Origin: a virus
Taxonomy: Duplodnaviria > Caudoviricetes
Reading direction: 5' to 3' (one strand)
DNA: 25,892 nucleotides
Virus record (IMG/VR): IMGVR_UViG_3300031910_000034
Coordinates: 1 to 25,892 of that record
The position numbers and the translations under genes are program-made. The notes beneath the pieces are model-generated. The model ran no database searches. It saw nothing but the letters and a program-made list of their open reading frames with translations, and had not been told where the DNA came from. Of this stretch, positions 8,135 through 16,754 are shown piece after piece. Within the stretch, counting starts at the first letter, position 1. Every line of letters begins with the position of its first letter.

Positions 8135-8687
8135 GAGCCTTCTTCCACCGTCCGCCAGCGACCTTGAACGGGCGATCGAGGCGGTCAATGCCAGGATGGC
8201 CGACCTGCCGGTCGATTTCGCCTGCCTGTGGCATCCCTACGATTGCCCGGCGGAGCTGCTGCCCTGGCTGGCATGGTCTTATTCAGTCGATACCTGGGAC
8301 AGCAGTTGGTCTGAACGGACCAAGCGCAACGTCATCGCCCAGTCCTATCAGATTCATCGCCGGAAGGGCACGGTCGGCTCGGTCAAACGCGCCCTGGCCG
8401 CCGCCGGCTTCCAGGCCAGCATCGTCGAGCGTCTGGGCGACCGGAAATATAACGGCGAAATCACCTACAACGGCCATTTTTTCCATGGCTGGGAAGACGC
8501 CTGGGCGATGTACCGCGTTATCCTGCAGCAGCCGATCCGCAACGATCAGATATCGGTTGCCCTGGCGATTCTGGCATCGACCGCCCCGGCCCGAAGCCAG
8601 CTTCTTTCCCTGGACTATCAGCAAGCTTCGAACCTCTACGACGGACGCTCGTCTTACGACGGCGCCTATAATTACGGGACCGCCTGA
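8127..8687 (+). CDS. gpI: Tail protein I
   Basis: SLLPPSAS.LERA, CPAELLPWLAW..SVD.WD..W, HRRKGT. Confidence 0.96.
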   Translation: MVESLLPPSASDLERAIEAVNARMADLPVDFACLWHPYDCPAELLPWLAWSYSVDTWDSSWSERTKRNVIAQSYQIHRRKGTVGSVKRALAAAGFQASIVERLGDRKYNGEITYNGHFFHGWEDAWAMYRVILQQPIRNDQISVALAILASTAPARSQLLSLDYQQASNLYDGRSSYDGAYNYGTA

Positions 8688-8689
8688 CC

Positions 8690-10249
8690 ATGGCCGACAC
8701 TGTCGAAAATACCCTGCCCGAAACCTCCGAATGGGTAGACGGCATCTATCAGATCGAAACCGACGATGCCGTTGTCGGCGGGCCGGATGGCATCAGCAAT
8801 CGCCAGGGAAAGCAGCTGGCGAACCGGACCCTTTGGCTGAAAGGCGCTCTGGCAACCTTGTCCGACAAGGTCGTTAATGCGACCACCTCTGTCCTTGGCC
8901 TGGTTCAGCTGGCGACGGTAACCGAAGCTAAGACCGGCGCGGACACCGCCAAAGCAGTGACGCCGGCAGGCCTGAAGGCCGCTATCACCGATTCGGCCTA
9001 TAGCCCATCGTCAGCGTCTGAAAGCACTGCCGGCATCCTGAAGCTGGCGACAGTGGCATCTGCCAAGACCGGAACCGACACCGCCACAGCGGTGACGCCG
9101 GCAGGCCTGAAGGCCGCTATTACCGATTCGGCCTATAGCCCATCTCCAGCGTCTGAAAGCACTGCCGGCATCCTGAAGCTGGCGACAGTGGCATCTGCCA
9201 AGACCGGAACCGACACCGCCACAGCAGTGACGCCGGCAGGCCTGAAAGCCGCTTTTGATGATAAGCCGGCATCTTTTCAAAGCATTGGCACTTCTGTTGC
9301 TTCAAATGCGCTGACCCTTACCTATGCCGGTGGAAATCTAGCCTTCCGCGATGCTGTTTTAGGCAATGGGGCATTTACCACCGTCCCGGTTCCCGCTCTG
9401 TCGCTGACGGTTCCGGGTGGTGTGACGCTGGGCACCTTCAACGGGCAGAAAGCCACCCTGGCGCTGCTGGCCCTCTACAATGCCGGCGCCCCGGTGCTTG
9501 CGGTGACAAACATGACCGGCGGCCAGGATTTGTCCGAAGCCGGCCTGATCAATGCGACCGCAATCAGTGCCGCACCGGGTAATGCCAGTATCACCGCATC
9601 CCAGTCGGGCAATACGCTGACTGTCTCCGCTGTGGCCTCGGGCAACCTGTCTGTCGGTCAGCGCATCATGTCGGGCACGACGACATATCTTGGCAAGATT
9701 ACCGCCTTTGGGACGGGCTCGGGCGGCACTGGCACCTACACGCTTAGCGCAAGTCAAACGGTCAGCAGCGCCGCAATGACGGCCCTTGCTCCGAGTCCTG
9801 GGGTCTACTCCTCCGCCGCCGTCAGCAACAGCCCTTATCGTGTCGTCGGCACTGTCACATTGACGCAAAGCGTCGCGGGTGTCTGGACGGCACAGCCTAC
9901 TCTGGTCCAGGGAATTGGTGGGCTGGCAGGAGCTGCTATGTCCAGCATCGGCTACGGCCAAGCCTATCAGGATGTTACGAGCAGTCGCGCTCTGAACACG
10001 GTTTATTGGAATCTGACCGGCAAGCCGATTTACGTGCACCTATCGACTGTCATGAGCACCTCTGCCTTGGCTGCGTACATTTTTATTTACGACAGTGCAG
10101 GAGCCCAACTTGCTCTCCTGCAGGGTACTGCGTCCACGGGTGCCCAGATTACCAGTGTCGATGCCATCGTGCCTTCAGGCTGCGGGTACATGTTTAGCAA
10201 CAGCAACGGCGGGACCGTGACGTTAAATTCTGTCATCGAAATGCGATAG
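8690..10249 (+). CDS. Tail fibre protein
   Basis: N-terminal W.DGIYQIET.D.VVGGPDGISNRQ.KQLANRT; AT..G...LAT..E...G.D...AVTPAGL fibre repeats; C-terminal GYGQ.YQDVT.SRA.NT.Y.N.TGKPI. Confidence 0.92.
   Translation: MADTVENTLPETSEWVDGIYQIETDDAVVGGPDGISNRQGKQLANRTLWLKGALATLSDKVVNATTSVLGLVQLATVTEAKTGADTAKAVTPAGLKAAITDSAYSPSSASESTAGILKLATVASAKTGTDTATAVTPAGLKAAITDSAYSPSPASESTAGILKLATVASAKTGTDTATAVTPAGLKAAFDDKPASFQSIGTSVASNALTLTYAGGNLAFRDAVLGNGAFTTVPVPALSLTVPGGVTLGTFNGQKATLALLALYNAGAPVLAVTNMTGGQDLSEAGLINATAISAAPGNASITASQSGNTLTVSAVASGNLSVGQRIMSGTTTYLGKITAFGTGSGGTGTYTLSASQTVSSAAMTALAPSPGVYSSAAVSNSPYRVVGTVTLTQSVAGVWTAQPTLVQGIGGLAGAAMSSIGYGQAYQDVTSSRALNTVYWNLTGKPIYVHLSTVMSTSALAAYIFIYDSAGAQLALLQGTASTGAQITSVDAIVPSGCGYMFSNSNGGTVTLNSVIEMR
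8942..9253 (+). repeat. 135-bp (45-aa) near-identical tandem repeat in the tail fibre, about 2.3 copies plus a diverged upstream partial copy
   Basis: The GCAGGCCTGAA anchor recurs with its CTGAA at 8972, 9107 and 9242 (period 135). Confidence 0.95.
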
Positions 10250-10261
10250 GGGGATGGAGAG

Positions 10262-10672
10262 ATGGAATTCGTTGATCAATACTATAAAGACCTCTCCGGG
10301 GCGTTGCACTGGCTCTCAGCCGAGGATCATGCCAATGCGGAGCAACTTAGATTGCTATTGCCCGCCGCTGATTGGACGCCGATCACCGATGAGGAAGTGG
10401 CGGAAGATCGAGCGTCTCAGATTGATCCTTGGCCCTCTCTGCGGTCAAAACGTGACGCGCGACTGGCCGTCGCCACCGCCCTGCTGGATCGCCACCGCAA
10501 TCAGCGGGACTTTGGCCTTCCCACCAGCCTGACAGACGCCGAAGCCGTCGCCTGGGCGGAATATGCGCAGAAGCTTCGCGACCTTCCCAGCAACACGACC
10601 AATCCCTTCGCCACCGTCTGGCCTGTCGCTCCAGACGACACCACCCCCGATTTCACCAGTCAAACCGCTTAG
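10262..10672 (+). CDS. Tail fibre assembly chaperone
   Basis: LRSKRDARL, W..YAQKLRDLP...P....WP.AP; follows the fibre gene. Confidence 0.85.
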   Translation: MEFVDQYYKDLSGALHWLSAEDHANAEQLRLLLPAADWTPITDEEVAEDRASQIDPWPSLRSKRDARLAVATALLDRHRNQRDFGLPTSLTDAEAVAWAEYAQKLRDLPSNTTNPFATVWPVAPDDTTPDFTSQTA

Positions 10673-10683
10673 GAGAAGCCCCC

Positions 10684-11853
10684 ATGCCCACTGATTATCA
10701 TCATGGCGTCCGCGTCACCGAAGTTGACACCGGAGCCCGCCCGATCCGCGTCATCTCGACGGCGGTGATCGGCGTCGTCGTTACCGGCGACGATGCCGAT
10801 GCCGCTACCTTCCCGCTCGATCGCCCGGCCCTGGTGACCGACATCGCCAGCGCGGTGGGCAAGGCCGGCGACACCGGCACGATCCCCTATGTCCTCGATG
10901 CCATCAAGGACCATGGCAGCCCGACCGTGGTGGTCGTGCGCGTCGCGGAAGGAGAAACCCAGGCTGAAACCACCAGCAACATCATCGGCACCACGGTCAA
11001 CGGCATGAAGACCGGCATGCAGGCCCTGACCGCCGCCAAGGCGCAGTTGGGCGTCTCGCCGCGCATCCTGGGCGTGCCGGGCCTGGATAATCAGGCGGTG
11101 GCGACCGAGTTGTCGGCTATCGCCAAGAACACCCGCGCCTTCGCCTATTGCTCGGCCTATGGCTGCGAAACCAAGGAAGCCGCCGTTCTTTATCGCAAGA
11201 ACTTCGGCAACCGCGAAACCATGATCATCTGGCCGGATTTTATCAGCTACGACACCATCAAAGAGGCCGACAGGGTCGATTGGGCCACCGCCCGCGCCCT
11301 GGGCCTGCGCGCCCAGATCGATGAGGATGTGGGCTGGCACAAGACGTTGTCCAACGTCGTGGTGCAGGGCGTCACCGGCCTGTCGAAGGATGTCTTCTGG
11401 GACTTGCAGAATCCCAGCACCGACGCCGGCTATCTGAACGCCAGCGAGGTGACCACCCTGATCCGCAAGGACGGCTTCCGCTTCTGGGGTTCGCGCACCT
11501 GCTCGACCGACACTCAGTTCGTCTTCGAGAACTATACCCGCACCGCGCAAATCCTGGCCGACACCATGGCCGAAGCCCATTTCTGGGCGGTGGACAAGGC
11601 GATGAACCCGACCCTGGTCCGCGACATCGTCGATGGCTTGAACGCCAAGTTCCGCGAGCTGGTCCGCAACGGCTATCTGATCGGTGCCGATGCCTGGTTC
11701 GATCCGACCAAGAACACCAAGGAAACCCTGTCTGCCGGCAAGCTGCTGGTGTCCTACGATTACACCCCCGTCCCGCCGCTGGAAAACCTGCTGTTCCAGC
11801 AGACCTTCACCGACGACTATCTGGTCGATTTCGCCGCCCTAATGGCCGCCTAA
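10684..11853 (+). CDS. gpFI: Tail sheath protein
   Basis: YHHGVRV.E, FPLD.P.L, PRILGVPG, GWHKTLSNV, GFRFWGSRT, YDYTPVPPLENL. Confidence 0.97.
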   Translation: MPTDYHHGVRVTEVDTGARPIRVISTAVIGVVVTGDDADAATFPLDRPALVTDIASAVGKAGDTGTIPYVLDAIKDHGSPTVVVVRVAEGETQAETTSNIIGTTVNGMKTGMQALTAAKAQLGVSPRILGVPGLDNQAVATELSAIAKNTRAFAYCSAYGCETKEAAVLYRKNFGNRETMIIWPDFISYDTIKEADRVDWATARALGLRAQIDEDVGWHKTLSNVVVQGVTGLSKDVFWDLQNPSTDAGYLNASEVTTLIRKDGFRFWGSRTCSTDTQFVFENYTRTAQILADTMAEAHFWAVDKAMNPTLVRDIVDGLNAKFRELVRNGYLIGADAWFDPTKNTKETLSAGKLLVSYDYTPVPPLENLLFQQTFTDDYLVDFAALMAA

Positions 11854-11866
11854 CCGGAGAGAGCCC

Positions 11867-12379
11867 ATGCTTCCCCGTATCCTGAACAACTACAACCTCT
11901 ATATCGACGGCACCTCTTTCGCCGGTCGGGTCGAGGAACTGACCCTGCCCAAGCTGGCGAAGAAGACCGAGGAATATCAGGCCGCCGGCATGGCCGGCCC
12001 CATCAAGATCGACCTGGGCAACAGTCTGCTGGAACTGGATTTCACCCTGGCCGAATTTTCGCAAGAGGTGCTGCAGAAGTGGAGCACCACCGACGTTTCC
12101 GGCATCAATGCCCGCTTTCTGGGGGCCGCCATCGCCGCCGACGGCGCCGGCACCGACGCCATCGAAATCTCGGTGCGCGGCAAATGGGAGGAATTGGACT
12201 TCGGCGGACTGAAGGGCAAGGACAAGGCCAAGCTGAAGGTCAAGATGCCGATCACCTATTTTCGCTATGCGGCTAACAGCGTGACGGTGATCGAGATTGA
12301 CCAGATCAGCGGCGTCGAAAGCGTCAACGGCAGCAGCACCAGCGACGCGGTCCTGAAGGCCCTGGGCCTGTCGTCTTAA
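11867..12379 (+). CDS. gpFII: Tail tube protein
   Basis: LPR.L.N.NLY.DG..F.G.VEE.TLPKL..K.EEY.AAGM.G. Confidence 0.95.
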   Translation: MLPRILNNYNLYIDGTSFAGRVEELTLPKLAKKTEEYQAAGMAGPIKIDLGNSLLELDFTLAEFSQEVLQKWSTTDVSGINARFLGAAIAADGAGTDAIEISVRGKWEELDFGGLKGKDKAKLKVKMPITYFRYAANSVTVIEIDQISGVESVNGSSTSDAVLKALGLSS

Positions 12380-12391
12380 GGAGCCAGGAAG

Positions 12392-12679
12392 ATGAACGAC
12401 GATTCCAAAGTTCGCCTGTCCTCGCCGCTGCAATTCGGCGATCAGTCCATCGACATCCTATCTCTGCGCCGTCCTACGGCGGGCGACATGCGTGGCATCA
12501 AGCTGCGGGACATCATCGATATGGATGTTTCCACCATCTGCATCCTGGCCGAGCGGATTTCCCTGACCCCGCTTGCTCCCTCGCAGCTCAAGGACCTTGA
12601 TCCGGCAGACCTTCTTCAGCTGTCGGTGACCATCTCCAATTTTTTCGAGAAACTCCCCCGCTCCCAGACGACGCACTGA
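12392..12679 (+). CDS. gpE: Tail assembly chaperone E
   Basis: L..P...G, LRRPTAGDMRGI.L, LDPADL, C-terminal NFF; lies between tube and tape measure. Confidence 0.92.
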   Translation: MNDDSKVRLSSPLQFGDQSIDILSLRRPTAGDMRGIKLRDIIDMDVSTICILAERISLTPLAPSQLKDLDPADLLQLSVTISNFFEKLPRSQTTH

Positions 12680-12834
12680 CAGCGTGGGGAATCCTGATGA
12701 AGACGTTCCCTGGGTCATTCCCAGGGAGCGAATTCAACAAAATGAGCCTGATCGAATATGGGCAAGCCTATGGTTTGGCTCTGGAATTCATCGAGGCCGA
12801 ACAACAGGCGATAGACGAGGCCCGCGATGGCTGA
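12640..12834 (+). CDS. E' extension produced by programmed -1 frameshift (gpE+E')
   Basis: Slippery T-TTT-TTC at 12640-12646. The -1 frame reads RETPPLPDDALTAWGILMKTFPGSFPGSEFNKMSLIEYGQAYGLALEFIEAEQQAIDEARDG to TGA 12832-12834, overlapping the tape measure start. Confidence 0.85.
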   Translation, partial: FFRETPPLPDDALTAWGILMKTFPGSFPGSEFNKMSLIEYGQAYGLALEFIEAEQQAIDEARDG

Positions 12835-15178
12835 GATGAAGCTGAAGATTCTGCTGGAGGCCTTCGAGAAGGTTTCCGCTCCCTTTAAGCAGGCGACCGC
12901 CAGCACCGACGCGATGAAGGCGGCGATGAAACAGGCCACGTCCACCGTCCGCGATCTGGAAAAGGCATCCGGCCAAGTCGAGGCCTTCGCCAAGCTGAAG
13001 CGGGAAGCACAGGACAACGCCACGGCTCTTGACGCGGCCAGGGCGAAGACCGAGGCCTTGGGGAAAGCCCTGGCCGATGCCGGCGGCGGCACCCGCAAAG
13101 CCAAGACCGAGTTCAACGCCGCCCGGAAGGAACTGGCGCAGCTTGAAGCCGCCCAGCAATCAATCACCCGCGAAACCCAGACGCTGCGCCGACAGTTGGG
13201 CGAGGCGGGCATCGACACCCGCAAGCTGGGAACGGCCCAGGCCCAGCTGAAGCGGGATTTGGATGCCGCCCGCACCGCCGCCGAAAAGCAGGCCTCGGCC
13301 CTAGAGACGGTCAGGAAGCGTATGGACGCGGTGACCGCCGCCCGGTCCAAGATGAACGCCATGCAGGAAAAGGCCGGCAGGATGGCCGGCGGCGGCGCGG
13401 CATCCCTGGCAGCAGGTGGCGCGGGCGTCATGGCCGGAGTCCCTGTCATTGCCCAGGCCGGCGATTTCCAGCATGAACTGGCTGCCTATGGCCTGACCGC
13501 CGGCCAGACCGGGGAACAGTTGCAGCAGGTCCGCGACCAGATCCGCAAACTGTCTGTCGATGTCAATCAGTCCTCAATGGATTTGCTGAAAGGCCAGTCC
13601 ATCCTTGTCGGCAAAGGCCTCGACCCCGACGCCGCTATGGCCGCTATCGGCACCATCGGCAAGGCTGTCACCGCCACCGGAGCCCAGATGGAGGATATGT
13701 CCAATCTGGCCTTCTCGGTCATGGACAACCTGAAGGTCAAACAGGAAGACCTGGGGCAGGCTATGAACATCATGGCAAAGGCCGGCGATCTTGGCGGTTT
13801 CGAGTTGCGGGACATGGCGAACACCTTCCCCCAATTGACCGCCGCCGCCCATGCGCTGGGCATGACCGGAGCTAAATCCATCGGCACTTTGTCTGCCGCC
13901 CTGCAGATCGCCACCAAGGGCGCCGCCGATCCGTCCGAGGCCGCCAACAACTTCGCCAACTTCCTGCAAAAGGCGACGGCCCCGGACACCGTGAAGAACT
14001 TCGAGAAGAAGGGCATCGACATCAAGGCGGCGCTGCAAAAAGGCCTGATGGATGGGCAAGACCCCATCGACGTGATGATGAAACAGATCGGTCAGGCGGT
14101 CGGTGTCGATTTCGAGAAGGAAATCTCCGACGCCGTCGCGAACGGAAGCGATGCCAAACAGGCCGCCGACAATCTGGCCGCCAAATTCAATCTGGGCGAA
14201 ATCTTTGGCGACGTTCAGGTGACCAATTTCCTGGTGCCAATGATGGCGAACATGAAGGAGTTCCGCCGCATCCGCGATGAAGCCATGAACAGCGACGGGA
14301 CGGTTGACGGAAAGTTCACCACCATGATGCAGACCTTCAACGAAACCACCAAGGGGGCCGGCATCGATCTGAAGAACGCCATGGAGGCTATCGGAAATTC
14401 AATGCTTCCGGTGCTGACCGGCGCGACGAACGCCTTGCGCCCGGTCATCCAGGCCATCGGTAATTTCGCCAATGCCAACCCGCGGCTGACCGCCACCATT
14501 GGAACCCTTGCCGGCGTGCTGGCCTTGCTGGTGGCCGGCGGCGGTGCATTGACCATCGCCATGGCCGGTCTGATGGGGCCGTTCGCCATGGTTCGCTTCG
14601 CCATGACCATGATGAGCCTGCAGGGCGGCGTGCTGGCCGGAACCTTGGCGGTTCTGCGCGGCGGCTTCGGCCTACTAGGCGGCGTGTTCCCCATGCTGAT
14701 CGCCGGTATCCGGGCGGTCGGCGTCGCTTTCATGTCCAACCCCATCGGTCTGATCATCGGCGGCATCGCCCTGGCCGCCGGTCTGCTGATCGCCAATTGG
14801 GAGCCGGTCAGTAAATTCTTCATTGACCTGTGGGACGGCATCACCGACGCCTTCAAGAAGGCGATGGATTTCTTTTCCAAGGGCCTGGATATGATCCGCC
14901 CGGCCCTGGCCGCCATCGGCATCACGGTCAGCGCCTCGACGGCGGCGATTGCCGCCCCGCCGCCGGGGCAAGTCAGCATCGCCCCGGATGTCAGCCCCGC
15001 CGCCGCCTCTGCTTCGGCCCGAGGCGGCCCGGTGAATAGCAACGTCACCCACAATATCACCGTCAACGGTGCCCAAGACCCCGAGGCGGCGGCCAGGGCC
15101 GTGGCGGCGGAGCTGGACCGGCGCGACCGACAGGCCGGCGTTCGCGAACGGTCGCGCCTTCATGATTCGGAGGATTGA
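12827..15178 (+). CDS. gpT: Tail tape measure protein
   Basis: Long Ala-rich helical protein; AG..GGFELRDMA..FPQL, EAANNFANFL.K, NPIGLII, NWEPV..FF. Confidence 0.95.
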   Translation: MAEMKLKILLEAFEKVSAPFKQATASTDAMKAAMKQATSTVRDLEKASGQVEAFAKLKREAQDNATALDAARAKTEALGKALADAGGGTRKAKTEFNAARKELAQLEAAQQSITRETQTLRRQLGEAGIDTRKLGTAQAQLKRDLDAARTAAEKQASALETVRKRMDAVTAARSKMNAMQEKAGRMAGGGAASLAAGGAGVMAGVPVIAQAGDFQHELAAYGLTAGQTGEQLQQVRDQIRKLSVDVNQSSMDLLKGQSILVGKGLDPDAAMAAIGTIGKAVTATGAQMEDMSNLAFSVMDNLKVKQEDLGQAMNIMAKAGDLGGFELRDMANTFPQLTAAAHALGMTGAKSIGTLSAALQIATKGAADPSEAANNFANFLQKATAPDTVKNFEKKGIDIKAALQKGLMDGQDPIDVMMKQIGQAVGVDFEKEISDAVANGSDAKQAADNLAAKFNLGEIFGDVQVTNFLVPMMANMKEFRRIRDEAMNSDGTVDGKFTTMMQTFNETTKGAGIDLKNAMEAIGNSMLPVLTGATNALRPVIQAIGNFANANPRLTATIGTLAGVLALLVAGGGALTIAMAGLMGPFAMVRFAMTMMSLQGGVLAGTLAVLRGGFGLLGGVFPMLIAGIRAVGVAFMSNPIGLIIGGIALAAGLLIANWEPVSKFFIDLWDGITDAFKKAMDFFSKGLDMIRPALAAIGITVSASTAAIAAPPPGQVSIAPDVSPAAASASARGGPVNSNVTHNITVNGAQDPEAAARAVAAELDRRDRQAGVRERSRLHDSED

Positions 15179-15180
15179 CC

Positions 15181-15603
15181 ATGCCGCTGATGAGCCTGGG
15201 GCTTTTCGCCTTTTCTCTGCAAACCGCCCCGTTCGAGACGCTGAAGCGCGAAACCGCCTGGCGCTGGGCGGCCAAAGACCGCGTCGGTCGGGCGCCGGCC
15301 TATCAGTCGCTGGGACCGGGCGAAGACAGCCTGACCATCGACGGCACGCTGATCCCCACTGTTACCGGCGGGACCGCCAATCTGGACAAGCTGCGCGAGA
15401 TGATGTCCAGCGGCAAGGCCTGGATATTGACCGCCGGAACCGGTCAGGTGATGGGGAAATGGTTCATCGAGAAAGTCAGCGAAACCCGGTCGCATATGGT
15501 CATCAACGGCGCACCCAGAAAAATCGAGTTCAGCCTGACCCTGAAGGCCTATCCCGACGACGACGACGCGCTGTTGGGCCGGCTGATGGACAGCAAGCCG
15601 TGA
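15181..15603 (+). CDS. gpU: Tail protein U
   Basis: LMSLGLFAF...TAPF..L.R...WRWA...RVG..PA.Q.LGPGED, G.PRKIEFSLTL; GGAGG RBS favours ATG 15181. Confidence 0.95.
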   Translation: MPLMSLGLFAFSLQTAPFETLKRETAWRWAAKDRVGRAPAYQSLGPGEDSLTIDGTLIPTVTGGTANLDKLREMMSSGKAWILTAGTGQVMGKWFIEKVSETRSHMVINGAPRKIEFSLTLKAYPDDDDALLGRLMDSKP

Positions 15604-15818
15604 ACGGCCTTACCGAAGATGAGCTGAATGTAATCCAGCAAACGGCGTTCCTTTGGAACGCCATTCACAACCTCGATAGCCACCACCCCTCAGACTTGGA
15701 AGAAACGGCTCGGGATATCCACAATATCCAGCAGAGAATCATGTCCAGAGTGGCAAGGCGCTTACATCCGAACCTATTTCTGCAGGCGAACAACAAGTGT
15801 CAGAATGGATCGACCTGA
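15600..15818 (+). CDS. Small hypothetical protein (72 aa), GTG start overlapping the gpU stop
   Basis: GTGA overlap; MNGLTEDELNVIQQTAFLWNAIHNLDSHHPSDLEETARDIHNIQQRIMSRVARRLHP looks like a helical protein; lower GC. It is the 3' part of track ORF 15069..15818. Confidence 0.6.
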   Translation: MNGLTEDELNVIQQTAFLWNAIHNLDSHHPSDLEETARDIHNIQQRIMSRVARRLHPNLFLQANNKCQNGST

Positions 15819-16648
15819 AGAAGCGTGCCGTCCAAGGTGGCCTTGGCGCTGATCGTCTTCTTGATCATTGCGCCGAAACCATTCTTGGCCGCAAATGTAG
15901 TGTACAGCAGCAAATAGGGGGCAGCATCTCCATCCAACATCAACCTGTATCGTGTCTCGACATGCTTGTAAGAATCTTCGTCGTTGAGACTTTTCTTGAT
16001 GTAAGCCTCAAGAGCCCGGTGCGAACCGTCCCAGGCGCTGAACTGCGACGGCATGGTGTCGAGATTATAGTGTGGCCGGTGCCATTTCCCGCCAGTTTCG
16101 GAATATTCCGCCTGGGCGCTGGTCAAAGCAGCCTGAAGAGCGACGGTTCCGCTTTTTTGGAATGTCCATTCACTGACATAATTATAGAAATTTCTATTTT
16201 GATCGCTGGGAATTTTATTGTCCGCCATGAACATGGAGATGATGGCCGCACGATCAGCGCTCTTCATTTCCTTGAAATGTTCAAGATCGCCATCCATCGC
16301 AACGGCATAATCGCTGGACTTGTGCTGTGTAGCAGCATCCCCTTCGCTAGGGGCATTTTTTCCGCCGGAAAGTACAAGAAACAGGATGATGATTCCCAGA
16401 ACAACGAACGAACCGGCCACAATCTTTGCAGATCCAGAAGGTTGATTGTTTTGCGAGAACGGACGCGAAAAAACGGCGTTACTGCTGGACATGCCGGCCT
16501 CATTGTAGGTCTGCAGCATCCAGCCATTCCTGCCCAACTTGGCGGCAATGCGTTCCAGTTCCTTGCGGCGTTGCCCTTCCGTGAAGCCTGCTATATTGAC
16601 CTTCTTGGTTTCGCGGGGGGCCTCATTCGGCGTCGCAGTCTCAGACAT
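15800..16648 (-). CDS. Moron: single-pass membrane protein of unknown function
   Basis: Opposite strand, lower GC, own promoter and GGAGG RBS; TM IVAGSFVVLGIIILFLVL; C-terminal FSAWDGSH..LE.YIK..LND.DSYKHVET...AKNGFGA domain. Confidence 0.85.
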   Translation of the reverse strand: MSETATPNEAPRETKKVNIAGFTEGQRRKELERIAAKLGRNGWMLQTYNEAGMSSSNAVFSRPFSQNNQPSGSAKIVAGSFVVLGIIILFLVLSGGKNAPSEGDAATQHKSSDYAVAMDGDLEHFKEMKSADRAAIISMFMADNKIPSDQNRNFYNYVSEWTFQKSGTVALQAALTSAQAEYSETGGKWHRPHYNLDTMPSQFSAWDGSHRALEAYIKKSLNDEDSYKHVETRYRLMLDGDAAPYLLLYTTFAAKNGFGAMIKKTISAKATLDGTLLQVDPF

Positions 16649-16708
16649 CACTCCTCCCTAGGTCAGATGTACAAGGCGCCCCAGCGCCACAACCTCAAGG
16701 CGGACGAT

Positions 16709-16738
16709 AATATAACATTTCCGGTTCGCTCGAACCAA
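16709..16738 (-). promoter_or_regulatory. Sigma70-type promoter of the moron
   Basis: Minus strand TTGGTT-N18-TATATT with extended TGn; palindrome GGTTCG-CT-CGAACC (16723-16736) overlaps the -35/spacer. Confidence 0.55.
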
Positions 16739-16754
16739 TTAAGTAGAGGTCGCC

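Noticed and set aside
8690-10672. Tail-fibre inversion system or DGR
   Set aside because: No invertase, reverse transcriptase, inverted second fibre end or TR/VR pair seen
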